From NCBI GenBank assembly GCA_051294375.1, contig JBJCIZ010000346.1:1-49774 (forward strand): a DNA stretch of 49,774 nt, given 5' to 3'. The notes under the pieces were generated by a model that saw only the letters and a program-made list of their open reading frames with translations, searched no databases and was not told the DNA's origin. Position 1 is the stretch's first letter; each line of letters starts with the position of its first letter. Made by a program: the position numbers and the translations under genes. Origin of the DNA: Paraspadella gotoi (taxonomy: Eukaryota; Animalia; Chaetognatha). Below are positions 12,821 to 26,500 of the stretch, in pieces.

Positions 12821-13679
12821 GTTTTGCAAAGTGACCAAAGAGTCTCGCCTCTCCTCTCCCTCTCTCATCTCTCTCCTCTCTTCTCCGTCTCTCTCGTTTT
12901 GGATCTCAAGTTTTTTTTTTCTGTCAGCAGACTTTTTCCCCGTCCTTTCTCAGCAATTTTAATTAGTGGCAGAAGGAAAAGGCGGAGGATTTAACTTGTC
13001 GGCCGGTGTTTGCTTCATCTTCCCGATCTCCTGACTTTCCTCTCTCCTCTTGCTTCTTGCTTATTCACTCGCTCATCCTTCTTTTTCCTGGACCTGTCAC
13101 ACAAGTTTTCGGCAAAAACCAAATTTTTAATAACGGAATTACGAAACGTAGGCAAATTATTAAAAACTACAGGTTGCGCGGAGAGCACTCGGAGAAACGA
13201 TTTATGTACATGTATTTTTCTTCTTTAATGATTATTTTTTATAATATATGATTTTTTTTCTTCGGCAAGGTGGTTTTACGTAATCAGAATCAACATAAAT
13301 GTTGGTGACTAGTACTAGTACAGAAATAATGAAACTTTTTGGTGAAAATTAGTTTTTTTTAAACAGTTGGGTTTCGCAAATTACGTTTTCTATTTTCTAT
13401 TTGGTGAGTTGGAAATTGAGTAAAAGTCTGTTGTCAATGCGTCCGCAGCTTAATTTATTTGAAGAAAAAGAAAGTTTTATATTGAGGACACAGCAATCGA
13501 GTTAGAAAATCTGTATTTTGGGCAACCGGCTGCGTCCAGAACAAAAATCGCCCTAACTTTGAGAACGTTGGTGTTTTCAATAAAGCTTTTTTAGCGAGAC
13601 AAGAAGATAGCCTTTTGGGCTTTTAAAGGTCAAACATAAAGTTTGACTTGCTTTCTATTTAAATATTTCAAATTGAAGC

Positions 13680-14079
13680 TGTAACAATAGGCGCCTAACA
13701 TAGTGGTAACGAGCGGAGAAAGCAGATGGAAAACGATGATCACTTGCTTCCCTAAACATCCCTTACTTTTGCTCTTTACCATTCTCTGGTTCCAGCTCAT
13801 TCTCCGATGGAAGGCCGAATCGTAAACATCGAAAATAATATTTTCTACTATTTCACAAAAATGTAAATATTTAATTAAATATTTATTATTATCATAATTA
13901 TTACTAAACTTAAGAATTAATTAATAAATTAATTCTTCCTTCCATTCTAGGTTTGAACAAATTCCATTGTTCTTATTTTGGAATTCCGCCGAAAATGTAC
14001 TCGTCTTCTAAAATATACCTTGGTAGTTCTACATTTAGTGAATTATATTTAAAGGTATTAATAGTATAGATTAGTTACA
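13680..14079 (+). repeat. 5' LTR (~400 bp) of copy C
   Basis: Starts TGTAAC and ends GTTACA (6-bp terminal inverted repeat, TG..CA rule); homologous to 49088-49517; lies ~400 bp upstream of the gag ATG. The right boundary could extend slightly further. Confidence 0.8.
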
Positions 14080-14204
14080 CATTTTTATATTCAAACATTT
14101 TTTAAGTAAATATTAGTTAATTAGTTAAAATTATTTTAAGCTTTATTTTTTAGGATTATTACTTAAAATTATAAATTTAACAAAAGGTAAACTTTCTTCG
14201 ATAG

Positions 14205-14218
14205 TGGCTCTGCCAACG
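14205..14218 (+). promoter_or_regulatory. Candidate primer-binding site TGGCTCTGCCAACG
   Basis: First TGG downstream of the LTR, but ~125 nt from the inferred LTR end, and no tRNA match could be verified. Confidence 0.25.
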
Positions 14219-17200
14219 AAATATCGGAGGAAGTACAAAGGAACCGCGCGGGGAGATTATGACTCGTCGCGGGTAAACTTGACCCTGATGGGGATTTAAC
14301 CCACTGGCCAGGTAGTTAAGGACAAAAAACCGGTTAAAAATTATCCTGATTCCCCCTTTCTCAGGATAAAACGATTGGTTTAAACTTTATTAAATACTCG
14401 CTATCGACGTAACTTTTATTACTCTTCGCTCGAATTTTCTTCGCTTCGCGCTGGATCAACTGGATTTTAGAGGTTATAGCCAGCCATGGAAAGTTTATAT
14501 TAATGAAAGTGGAAAACCTCTCAGAGAGGGGTTTTACGTAGATTTTATTGCATGATTTTAAACAAGCTTTAAGCTGTTTTAAAATAATAAATATCAGGCG
14601 TATTTATTGAAAACGTCTGCTGAATAACCTTAGCAATGCTCTAAAATCACGCGAAAAACTCGTCGATCGATCTCGTAAGAGATTCTTTCGGAAGGGCTAC
14701 GAAACCGGCCGGATTTATGCTACGAGTCGTGTGAAGAGTATTTTATCGTTGAAGCTGAGGTTCATTACTTTGTTGTCCATTAGTTAGATATTACTAATTG
14801 CAATTCCCTGATTCCCCGTTGAAACGAGCACATACGTAATATGCCGGTACTGTACTCGTATCTAATTCTGTAACATGTTCCCGTGTTCGTTCGGTTGTTC
14901 CTGGTTTCTACATCTGTAATATGTTCCAGTCTCCGTGCCGGAAGGCGTGGATATTCTGTCAATTCCTTCTGTTGTAACTCTCTGCGGATCTGCCCCCTAC
15001 CCTCTTGCCCGTGTCGTCAGGTGGGCTCGAGCATAACTGTCACCATCGCAAAGAAGGACTCGTCGGCCCGATTCCTCAGAAAACGCGCGTTCTCAAGAAA
15101 TCGTTCAATCAGTATCCAAACTCCTCAGGGTCGGAAGCGTCGTCAAGGGTTTCGCGACAGACATTACAGCGGACACGTTCTTGATCGAAAAAGGTGAAAA
15201 TTGTTGAAAATCGCCTGACACAATAAAACTTCCGTCGGGAGCTTGAACAAATTGGAAGTGGATTTCCAACACTGAGCAAAACCGAAAAGGATTGAATTAT
15301 TATAAGGAATGAGAGTATGAAATGAAAGACTTGAGAGAGATGTGCGCGAAATTGAATAAAATTAGACGTTGAATGTACGTTATGAACAAATGGTATTGAT
15401 ATCAAATTTTAGAAGTCAATGTCCCTCTATTTATCTCTTCAGTCGCAACAATTCCGGAGTCCCCACGAAGAAGTGCGATGGAGAAGCCGGACGCACAAGT
15501 CAATCCTTAATTCCAGTTTTTGCATCGTGGCTGGCCGTTCGTCGTCTTCCTTGTTTACTGGCCTCCCGTTGATCTTTACCAAGTCCATCCGCTATGCATT
15601 TCAATTTCGGACAGAATCCGAAAAAATTTCTCCAGTTAAGCACCATTTTGTACCGCACCACGTCGCATTGTATTCAGGCAGTTTCTATTTCATGCTCTCA
15701 TGTTATTTCGTTCGATTCGTATTTATAGAGGACCTGGAATTTAAGTCTTTGTCGGTCGGCCAGAGAAAGGTCAACTTCATCCACAAGGCAATTATCTGTA
15801 CTCATTATGCAGTTCGGAAAATCCAGAGAAAACTTCTACACGGACTGAGTCGCTTAATTCCAAATACATCGTCGAGCCACGTGCTAGTCCTTCAGATTGC
15901 TAGTGTTCCGTCTTGGAGTCAGTTATCTTGTAGTTTTCAGATAAGTAGCGCTTTCTCTTGGCACCGGGGCAGCTGTTCATTCCTTGGCCTCCCGAGAGGC
16001 CTTTGACATTACCTTCAACACCCTTTCCCTGTGTCGCCTTGCCTCCGCGTCCTTTTGCACGTTCCTCCAGGACTAGAGAGTCAAGGGAACTACGTTCTTT
16101 CTCTCAAGGACTCGTTAATTATCTTCGTCCGTTTTATAAACCCCTTTTCTCCTCAGCCACGGCCTTACGTCATTTCTCTTCCATTACAACATTTTCCACG
16201 GTTCTTTTCGCATCTTTCTTTTCTCCTTTAGACCTTAGATGTTGTTCTGGGACGGCGCACCGTTCGTCTCTCGCACGTCCTTCTTCTTTCACTACGCTAT
16301 TTATTTTCCCTTTAGTCTCTTTTCAGCCCATTGTTTTTCATGTGTTCGTTACTTCTAGGCGTCTTTTATCTTACTCTGTTTTGTCCTCTACACTTGTCTC
16401 CCTAGCCGGTAGTTTTATTAATTTGCCAACCTTATCATGCCAGAATTCTGTGATCTATGATTAAACATTCTTCTATTTCATAACAGAAATATCGCTATCC
16501 TATTGAAGGCTCACCTTGTGTGTACAATCAGTCACACCTGTTGTCCCTTGTAGGCCTTGTAATAAATTATATCCTTTATTGGTTCTCATTGAGGTCTAAG
16601 TTTGAACACTTCACACTTTAGACCTACGTTATATCTTGCGACACCGGTCAAACTCACGTCTAGCAGTCTGGTGGCCACAAGATTTACCATCTGGTGGTCC
16701 AATGTCGTTCATAATGATTCGGCTGTGTTTACCCTGTATCTTTACCGCGCTCTTATAGTGAACAGTCAAATTACAGTGGTATATAATCTTCAATTTTTCA
16801 AGGGCCAACGTTATGTCTAGTGATCCCGCTATGATATGCTGGACTGTTATCCTCCAATTTTGCTTTTTTGTTAATTCCTCGTTTCACTTTATCTCTTCCT
16901 CGTCTAAGCGCACCTATTTTCTCACGAGGATTTTCCGTCTTCCTCGCCGGTTCATGTTCTTAAAGGTCTCTGACCATTGTTCGCGACTGTCGGCGGCACC
17001 ACGTCTCTTGTGGGATTATGGAGGTGGCCTTCACTCGAGGCGTATTTGGTCAGCTTTCTCTGCACAGTTTCACGATCCCTCACTTGGTGCTCCTTCCATT
17101 CCGTAGCACGTCATTGCAGATTTTCCGTACGGGCTGCCGGCCTCGTGCCTTTAGCTGTTACTGCGCCTCCTCCGGCCGTTTTTTCGTCGGGTCCGGCGTC

Positions 17201-20200
17201 ATTTTCAGATGTGTACGCACGGTTCCCGGAGGTCAGTCTATCACATCCCAAATAGAGGAACTGGGTACTCCACCGAGTAGATCACACCCCTGTTTCCTTA
17301 CTTCTTGCTCCTTGGTGGCACCCATCCCTTCTCTCCCACACGTAAAGGATTTCATCTGAAATCATAGGTTTTAAGAGATAAAATTAAATCTTAACAATAC
17401 TAACACCGCTGTTTTGAAATAAAAAATTCAATTCGTATTGTATATTCCTCTTCCTTCGGGAAGGACTATAAGCGACTGAGCGACGAATCATCTGCTTCGA
17501 CTGAGACCACATCGTATCTGGATCTTCCATCGCCGTTATTTCCGAGAGTTTGACCATTATTGAAGGACATCACATTATAGATTCGGAGCTGATAAGCACA
17601 TATTCAAATCTCAGCAAAACATGCCTTTTCTCTGAACATGCTGTCAGAAGAAAAACGACCAAAAGACGAAATTTTCTGGTAAGCTGACAAGGCGAAGATA
17701 TGGGGATGTTTTGACCGCTATCTTCTATATGCTAAGTCTAGCCCTTCGGTATGTCAATCACTTCTTTCGATGAGGCAATTGACTCACATGCATTAAACTC
17801 AGGAGGAAAATAAGACTGGTTCCTGCTGAGTAATCTCATGCGCTTGAGTTATCTTTTCTGCGTGATTTGGCCTCTCGTCACTAATATATACATATTACAA
17901 CAATTTATTTGCCAACTTAGGGCCCGCTGATTACATCGCCCGCCTCTTTACTTATTATTCAAAGTAATCTCAAAGTATTAATTGTATTCCCAAGCGACTT
18001 CTATAATAGTTCAGATCTTTGGTCATTGTTAAAAAGGTTTATTTACTTTGCACTCCGTATAATTACTTAGATAATATAATACTATAAAGGCCTCGAAACA
18101 TTAAGCACAGAGCAGAGATTTGAGCTTAAGACCTTTATAACTTGTAGTTAGAGAAGAGTATATATCTTAAAGCCAAGAAATCATATTATTAGTGTGTAAT
18201 ATATCTTCAGCTTTTGCCTACTTCGCAAAGGAGATTTATACAGAAATTTCCTCACAATTAGTCTGTCAAAAAGCTTCCTCAATCTGGCGTAATTCTTGGA
18301 GCAAAACGTTGCAAGTAAAGCAAAAAAATCGGTAATGGTTAAAGACGAGACTTGACTGACGAGGATGACGAAACACCGGATTTAGATCACCGGACATATT
18401 TTGAATCCGGCTTTATGGCATTTAATATTTTCTTTAAAATCATACTGCAGGAGAATGCCGCCGAAAAATATCGCGGCACAGCTTATCTACGCAAGGGTAC
18501 AATCAGCTCTCTCAAACGTGGACAGACGCTGGTTCATAACTCGCGCACCTCCGGAGCCATGTCCAACTGGCCAATAACTCCACTTATATAACGAAAATTC
18601 CTTTAACCTACTCGTGGCTGCACGATTTGACGGGTGTTCGGGCGTCTTTCACGCAAAAAACAGCATATAAAATTAAGTTTGGGTGGTTTTCCTAACTATA
18701 TAGACACGACATTCCAATTCGTACTTCAACAATATAGACATCCATGCTCCGATGCATGGTTTCCACGCATAGCCAAAGCGCGAATCCAAATGACACATGC
18801 CAACAATCAGTTAAACTGCTTGTCAAATCATCATTTGGTTCATGTGTGTGTAAGCAATCCATTACATTGAAACCTGTCGAATAAATATCTCCATGAAGAA
18901 ATGGATAAAAGGTGGATTATATAAAGCACCAGAGCCTATAAATCTCTATGCCAATTCTGTCTCTCGCAAATTGAGAAAAAGGACCATGTAACAAGAGATT
19001 GCAGAAAGCTTTGTCTGTGGATGTCACGGACAAGCCAGGGCGTCATCATCGTCTCTTCGTTCACATGTCGAGCAGAGACTCCGGTGTTCCGTCGTTCTGC
19101 TAGCACTCTCTGTAGATTACTTCGCTGCAGCAGTACGCCTGCTCAAGGGCACCACTAGGTCACGCACGAAATTTGCTTGGCAACTTATACCGTCCAATTA
19201 GTATTCCTGTAGTATGTAAATATAATGAAAGCAGTGAAAGCGTAAGTGACGTATGCCTACTTGGAGTAAGTGGTGGTCTATTATCACTCTCCAGTCTCGA
19301 TCTATTATTATAAACTAAACTATTGTGAAAATATATTAATTATAAGTTTACACTCACCATAACACTGCTAAATGAATAACTTATAACCTCTACTCTATGA
19401 ACATTGTAACTCACACTACTTCTCGGATCGAGATCTCTCTCGTTGAAATTTAATAGAAATTAGAAATTTTAAAATGAACGTGATTATTACCGTAAAAATG
19501 AATTATAAGTGTAGTTGTTGGTAGAAAATAATATAGAATATACTTAACGAGTAATGGGTATATCAAGTCCTAACAAAGAGACTATAAGAAATATACTATA
19601 CGTTGATGAGATATAATAGAATAATTAATAATATAATGCAATAACGATATGTGTCAAATTTTAGGATGTGACAACTTGACATACATAATGTTAAGGAGAT
19701 TAATTCAATTATTATCACCTATTTTCAAGCGATGTCAAGCTCTAATGGAACTCTCTTCGTCTTGACGAAGTCGGTCGATACAAAAATGTATTATTAATTC
19801 AAAGTACTTTAAAAACTTCCTGTAGATGAAAATAAAATTGTGGGAGGGTACATAAAAATCCTACTTTCACTTTATATCATTTATTTTCATCTTTCTTTAT
19901 ACAAAAAATTTTCCAATAGTTGGAATATTCTCAGTCCGATCTGATAAGGGCTTCGCCGCACTGCGGTTACGATCTCAGTATAACATTCATATGATATAGA
20001 TACAATACAGAAATACAAATGATGGCACACCCTATCCAAAATATGCTCTTAATCTGTTACACAAAGTGCACACTCTATGTTATAACTTAATATTATCTCT
20101 CTTTGACACTTACTTAAAATGCCTAAATTATACATTCCTAAGCCCTATATATATCATGAATGCCCGCGCTCAGCTTCTCCACCTACTGGCCACCCTTGCT

Positions 20201-20885
20201 CACCCAGGGCTTCGGCCCATTCGTTCGAGAACGTCCGTCTCAAAACGCTGGGCGGCGGACAACAAAGCACAAAGTATCGTCACCACTCCGAATATCACTG
20301 CGATCGCACTCGTGTTGTACGCCATTACCGACTACTCCTCACTGCACTACTCACTTATACTGTTCTGGTATGGACTCTTATTCGACGTACCCACAAGTAG
20401 AATATACGAAGAGGAAAACGCGAATCGTCGTCCTACGCCCACACTGCGGCTCCAACAAGAACTCAGATAGGGAGACTTTCTGCTTGGCATCGTTGCCATC
20501 GCGCGCCGATTGCCGGCAGGAATTTGAACAGATCTTTAAATATTCCAAAATTTCCAGTGTTAACAAAAATGGATTTTTATTAATGAAAGAATCAGAACAT
20601 TATTCAAGTGAGATTTCCATCCTTCAGTACTTGATCAAATATGGCAATTGAACAGTTAGAAAACGGAATAAAATTTAATATTTCCACAGGACATTATTCT
20701 GCCCCAACGCCTTGGAAAAGGGGAGAGCAGCAGCCCCCAGGAATTTCAAAAAAATCCGCTCTGCTACGATCGCGAACGCCAAACGCAGAGCCATAAAGAC
20801 TTGCTGAAAAACTCGCGAAAAGATCCAATTTTGAAGAAAGGAGTATTTGCAGACTCATGCNNNNNNNNNNNNNNNNNNNNNNNNN

Positions 20886-21655
20886 TGCTTGAATCTATGG
20901 AGGTTGGTTTTTCAAGCAAATGTGAAATTGAAAATTTATATGGCGAGAACCCCGAATTTTATACTCCCTTGCACATTGTCACACGTCCTGATAAACCAGG
21001 AAAATTCCGCATTTGTCAAGACGCGGCCTCTAAAGTAAGAGGTACTTATCTTAATGAGCACCTGATTGCTGGACCTGATAATTTGACCCCATTATTAGGA
21101 GTTTTAATGAGGTNNNNNNNNNNNNNNNNNNNNNTATCGTCGGACATCAAAGGCTTTTTCCACCAGGTGGAAATTGATCCTGCTGACAGAGGGGCCTTTA
21201 GATTTTTCTGGTATACTGATGAAACCATGACTGATCTTGAAGCTCNNNNNNNNNNNNNNNNNNTATTTGGGGGTTCAGGCAGCCCAGGTGTCGCCAATTG
21301 GGTGATAAAATATCATGCGAAAAAAATTCAAAATGAAATATCTCAAGAAGCTTTTCTCTCCATTTTTTTAGGCCTCTATATGGACGATTTGCTCAATTCT
21401 TTGGACACGCCTGAAGAGGCCAGAAAACTCCGAATTGAACTCACAGACGCCCTGAAGCGCGGCGGATTCGATCTCTGCAAATGGAAATCTTCAGATCCCC
21501 GAGTTTTGGGAGATGAAGTTATTAAAGACGAGGCGCCTCCTCCAATCCACGCGTCGTCAGATGAACTCGTCGACGATCTTGAAAAGATGGCGGAAAACAC
21601 CTTGTCAGAGAATCCTACAGATGAGCACTCAAGTAAGATTTTTGGTGTGGATTAA
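20886..21655 (+). CDS. pol: BEL/Pao reverse transcriptase domain, frameshift-free segment
   Basis: YTPLHIVTRPDKPGKFRICQDAAS, LNEHLIAGPD, SDIKGFFHQV, DRGAFRFFW, FGGSGSP, YMDD (21377-21388), GGFDLCKWKSS. Confidence 0.95.
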
Positions 21656-21736
21656 TACAGAGAAAGACATATTTTTATTAGAATAACAGAAAAAGTTCAA
21701 AAGGAAGCATTAACAAGACGAGATTTTTTAAAATTA

Positions 21737-23108
21737 GTGGCAAGTGTTTATGATCCACTTGGATTCGTGTCTCCCTATATTCTTAAAGGGAGAGCTTATT
21801 TTCAAAAGGCCACTAATGATAACTTGACCTGGGATGATAAAGTTTCTGACGAACTTTTTAAAAAATTTGACAAATGGAGAAAGGAAATGATTCACTTGAA
21901 AAGATTCACCTTTCCTCGCTGGACCTCTATCTTCGGGTCTAGAAGTTGCGAAAACGCAGCTTATCATTTTTTCCGATGCCTCTCTGTTAGGTTACGGAAT
22001 TGTTGCTTATTTAAAAAAGATGAATGCAAATGAAGATGCATGTCACATTTCTCTTTTTTATTCAAAATCCATGTTGTGCCATTGCAAATGCAACGAGTAT
22101 TAATCTCAGGTCAAGAAGATCATCTTGAAAGCATGCCTCGTTTAGAATTAAATGCCGCCAGACTGGCAGCGCCAATCTAGGGATACAATAGTAAGAGAAT
22201 CTGGAGAAGAATTCTCAAGCATTGTCATGTTAACAGATTCGATCACTGTTTTAAACTGGATTAATGACTTCACCAAAAGATTTAAGACTTTTGACACTTC
22301 GACTGAAACTATACGAAATTTATCTCCTATTCAGGAATGGCGCCACGTTCAAGGAACGGAAAATCCCGCGATTTTGCTTCAAGGGGTCTTGACGCTAAAG
22401 ACAAGAAATGGTCAATATTTCATCAAGGTCCAGCATGGCTCGGCGTCCTGAAAGGATGGCCAACTTCAAGTCATCCAGTTAATTCCTCCAAAAACAAAAC
22501 TCCAAAGAGAAAGAACCGGAGGAGATAAATCTATCTGCAATTCATGACGATTGTAGTTATTCACCGTCGAACTCATTGCAATCAACGCCACTCGCGATTA
22601 TCCCATTCTCCCGCCCCGACTCCAAAGACTGGGCAATCAAGATCACTGAGAAAAATCTCAGATTGGCGACAAAAGGTAAGACGCGTCGCCTTTCACAAAA
22701 TGTGTTCCGCTATTTTTAAAATATTTAAAAGAAAAGAAGGAGGGAAAAAAGTTAAAGTTGAAAAAATTATGGCTTATTGATGACTTCAAAAATGCAAGAA
22801 CCAAGTTATATAGAGCGATTCAACGATTCATTTTGATAAAGAATTTTTTTGAGTTATTAAAACTTGGCATTCTATCTCCAAATGCAAAAAGAGAACTCAG
22901 AAACTAAGTTCAAAAAATGATTTCTCTAAGTCCATTTATTGATACTGATCATTGCATTAGAGCCGGAGGGAGACTCAGCAATGCAAGAGATATGAATTAT
23001 GAGGTTAAATATCCTTTAATTCTTCCTAAAAGTGACGAAGTGGTAAATTCCATTATTAGGCATTATCACGAGCAACTGAAACATGCAGGAGCATCTGCGA
23101 CCTTTCAT
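21737..23108 (+). pseudogene. pol: RNase H / connection region and start of integrase in copy C (frameshifted)
   Basis: ASVYDPLGFVSP, FSDAS..GYG, PRLEL, LTDSITVLNWI, WRHVQGTENPA, LSPFID...RAGGRL, KYPLILP, H-x4-H. Confidence 0.9.
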
Positions 23109-23590
23109 TTTTTTAACTTGCATAATTTTTTAACTTGTATAATTGTTTTCAGCTTGCATAATTTTTTTCAAACTTGATAATTTTTTTAAACTTGCTAATT
23201 TTTTATAACTGGCAATAATTTTTTCATTTTTTATAAATTTTTTACTTGCATAATTTTTTCAACGTTGTATAATTTTTTCAGCTTGCATAATTTTTCACTT
23301 GGATAATTTTTTTTAACCGTCATATTTTTTTAATTGCATAATTTAATTTTATAATTTTTTCAACTTGCCATAATATTTTCAACTTGCATAGAATTTTTTA
23401 CTTGTTAAATTTTTACAACTTGTAATAGTTTGTTTCTAACGTTGCATACTTTTTCAACTTGCAATACTTTTTTCAACTTGCATAATTTTTTCATTGCATA
23501 CTTTTTCATCAACTTGCATACTTTTTTCAACTTGCATACTTTTTTACTTGCATACTTTTTTTAACTGCATACTTTTTTTCAAACTTGCTG
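23108..23590 (+). repeat. Minisatellite, ~19-20-bp unit TTTTTCAACTTGCATAATTT (roughly 25 copies)
   Basis: Repeated aacttgcata(a/c)ttttttc; the ataat variant gives way to atact after ~23440. Confidence 0.9.
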
Positions 23591-26500
23591 TTAATAAAAA
23601 ATCATAAAAAGTTTTTCAATAAAAGAAAAAAAATAATGGAAAAAAAAATGACAGAAAAAAAAATGACCAAAATTCAAGGGTAAAGTTAAATCGCTAAAGC
23701 GATTTACAATTCATGTGATTCACTATTTGATTATGCTTTTTGACACTTTTTATCGAGCCCCTTGCTTCAGCTCCTAAGCACGGACTCAAGAGACCCAATA
23801 GCTTCGTCTCTTTTTGTTCTTCATGTCGCTTTTAATGCGTCACTTTGCGTTTTGTCGTCGTGCTTCTCGATCGTCGCATTGCTTCCGTATGATCATGTTT
23901 TTGGTCGTCGCGATACTGAACTAGAGTTCATCCAGCAGACTTCAAAGAGATCATCATACGGCAAAGGGGCTTTGAATGATACCAATTAAAAGCGATTTTT
24001 ACATGTCTTTATTTATTATGTTTTTTGTTATCTACCTTGAACCTGGTGGTTGATTCAACTTTCCTCATTGCACGTTCTGGTTTTATTTCTCCAACGCTTT
24101 TGCCAATTTTTTTTTTTTTTCAAAAATTAAACAACTTTTTTTGACGAAAAAGTAGGATTAAGAGGTATGTGATTTTAGCGGCAAATTTTCTTTGCTGTTT
24201 CTCTCATCAATTGCGATCGAGCGTATCGCTTCATTATTCTATTCTCGTTAGTTGCAGAGATAAATAAGAACTTTCTCAAAATAAAGGGGAAAAGTGGCTG
24301 TTTACGCCGTGAAAAAGTTTTTTGAAACTCAAAGTAAAATTTGGAAAATTGAAAAAAATTCACGAGAAAAAAGAATAAAGAAAGATAAAAATAGCGCGAA
24401 ATTGTTTCATTAGTATTTAGGGATTGCGCGAGGTTGACCGAGTGATGTTATTTCCTCGAAAAGAAATTATTTTTAATTATTATTTTGAGCGGCTGTTCAC
24501 AAGATTTGGCATATGAGAGTAATGGCTACATTTGATCTTTTGTCTTTTTCTATGAAGAATTGTAGAATGTTAAAAAAGGGTATGCGCTTCAGACTTAGAT
24601 GTTCTAGGTGAGGAATTATATGGAACAAAATGGAAATGACCGTCACGTCTCGCTTTGGCGGCCTGAGAATTTTCAAAGAAATTTCACAATTGGTAACCTC
24701 TAGATACTTTCGTTTGATTCGAAGATAGGATCTAGAGGTGCTGTGCGGGTTTTCGACGTTTAATAGTAAGAGAAAATAGCTCTAAACTTAATGAAGTATA
24801 GGCCCACAGAAAGTTGATGCCTCCTCCCCGTTAAGAAGTTTATAAACTAATGCTTGGAGTTTAGAAAAGATATACCTTAAGCACAAAGAAACAAAAGGAG
24901 AAAAAATTTGCTACTCAAGAGATTTATACAGAAATATTATCCAAAAAGCTCCTCATCTGGCTAATGCTTGGGCAAAACGTGCAGTAAGAAAAAAATGGAA
25001 TGGTAGAACGAGAGAGACTGATGACGAGGATGACGAAACGGATTTGAATCCGACTTTGAATCCTTTATAAATTTTTTAAAATATACTGCAGAAATGCCGA
25101 AATGATGGCAGCATCTACGCCGGGAATCTAGCTCTCAGAAGACCGACAGAAGCTTCAAACTCGGATCCCGTAGCCAGTGTCACGTCCAAACCCATCGAAA
25201 ATCTTGTTCCGTTACTTTGGCGGCGGTGTGGCAGCAAGAAACCAGCAAAAAATGTGTCGGTCTCAGAGACTCCACGACTCAACAAATAAAACCCTGCCTC
25301 GAGATTTCCGCATCCAAAGCGATCCATGACACATGCCCCAAGTAAGCTTGTCACATCATCATGTTCATGTGTGAAGACATCATATACATTGAAACCTGTC
25401 GAAAATATCTCACATGGAAATGGAAAAAGGTGTGGGATTATATATAAGAAACAAAATTTATGCCATTGCTGCTTGAGAAAAGGAATAACAAGAGATTGCA
25501 AAAGCTTGTTGGGATGTAGACAATGCGCAGGGCGGTCATCACGTCTCTTTCATGCAGAGACTCGGTGCCAGTCGTCTTCTCTTGACTCGCAGCAGCGTAC
25601 GCGCTACCGGAACTTTCCGTCAATTTTCCTGTAGTTGTAATAAATGAAAGCAGGAAGGTAGTGACGTATGCTGCTTACTTGATAGTGGTGCTACCCGCTC
25701 TGCTATATCAAGCAATATTGTAAATAATTAAAGTTAAATCCCTACACTCTTTATACCAACTTAACTACTTATGACTCTGTATCTCATACTTGGCGAGATT
25801 TTGTTGATATTGAAATTAGAATTTAAAATGACATATTCGTAAAAATGATAAAGTTATTGTTGGGAATATTTTAACTACGGAAAAATGATAGCAACAAAGA
25901 ATAAAGATATTGAGGATTATGATTATATGAAAGATGTTAATTTGTTGAACTTCCTAATGAAGAAATTAAATTATTTTAGATGCACAGCTTGGCCTCCGCT
26001 GGGTCGGTGGATCGACTCGTGTTGGACCCAACGGATTCCCTACTGCACTACTCACTTCGTTTGGTTGGACTCTTATTGGACCAAGTGAAAACGGATGTCA
26101 ACAAGATCATAAATTGTCTTGACATCGCGCATCGGAAATTGAAGATTTAATATTCAAATTTCCGAGGTTAACAAAAATGGATTTTTTAATGAAAGAATCA
26201 GAACATTATTCAAGTGAGATTTCCCATCCTTCAGTAGTACTTGATCAAATTCGCAATTGAACAGTTAGAAAACGGAATAAAATTTAATATTTCTACGAGG
26301 ACATTATTCTGCCGCCAACGCCTATGGAAATAGGGAGAGCAGCAGCCGCCAAGGAATTTCAAAAAATCCGTCCTGCTTACGATCGCGAACGCCAAACGCA
26401 GAGCCATAAAGACTGCTGAAAAAACTCGCAAAAGATCCAATTTTGAAGAAAGGAGTATTTGAGAGCTATGCTTGAATCTATGGAGGTTGGTTTTTCAGCA

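Larger units (their letters stand above)
13680..23108 (+). mobile_element. BEL/Pao copy C: LTR, leader, gag, PR, RT, RNase H, broken in the integrase Zn finger
   Basis: Collinear with copies A and E; extremely noisy in 15300-20500 and much cleaner in 20520-23108; ends at HYHEQLKHAGASATFH. Confidence 0.9.

Noticed and set aside
13704-13716. TGGTAACGAGCG after ...CTAACA as an initiator-Met-like PBS (also ~49117)
   Set aside because: Homology between the two sites starts upstream at TGTAAC and the 49088 copy follows a PPT, so the motif lies inside the LTR.
15369-20470. Numerous 60-195-aa ORFs rich in S/F/L
   Set aside because: They arise from error-inflated gag/protease sequence and are not shared with the cleaner copies.
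23108-23590. CRISPR-like array
   Set aside because: Head-to-tail units with no unique spacers and no cas genes; eukaryotic context.
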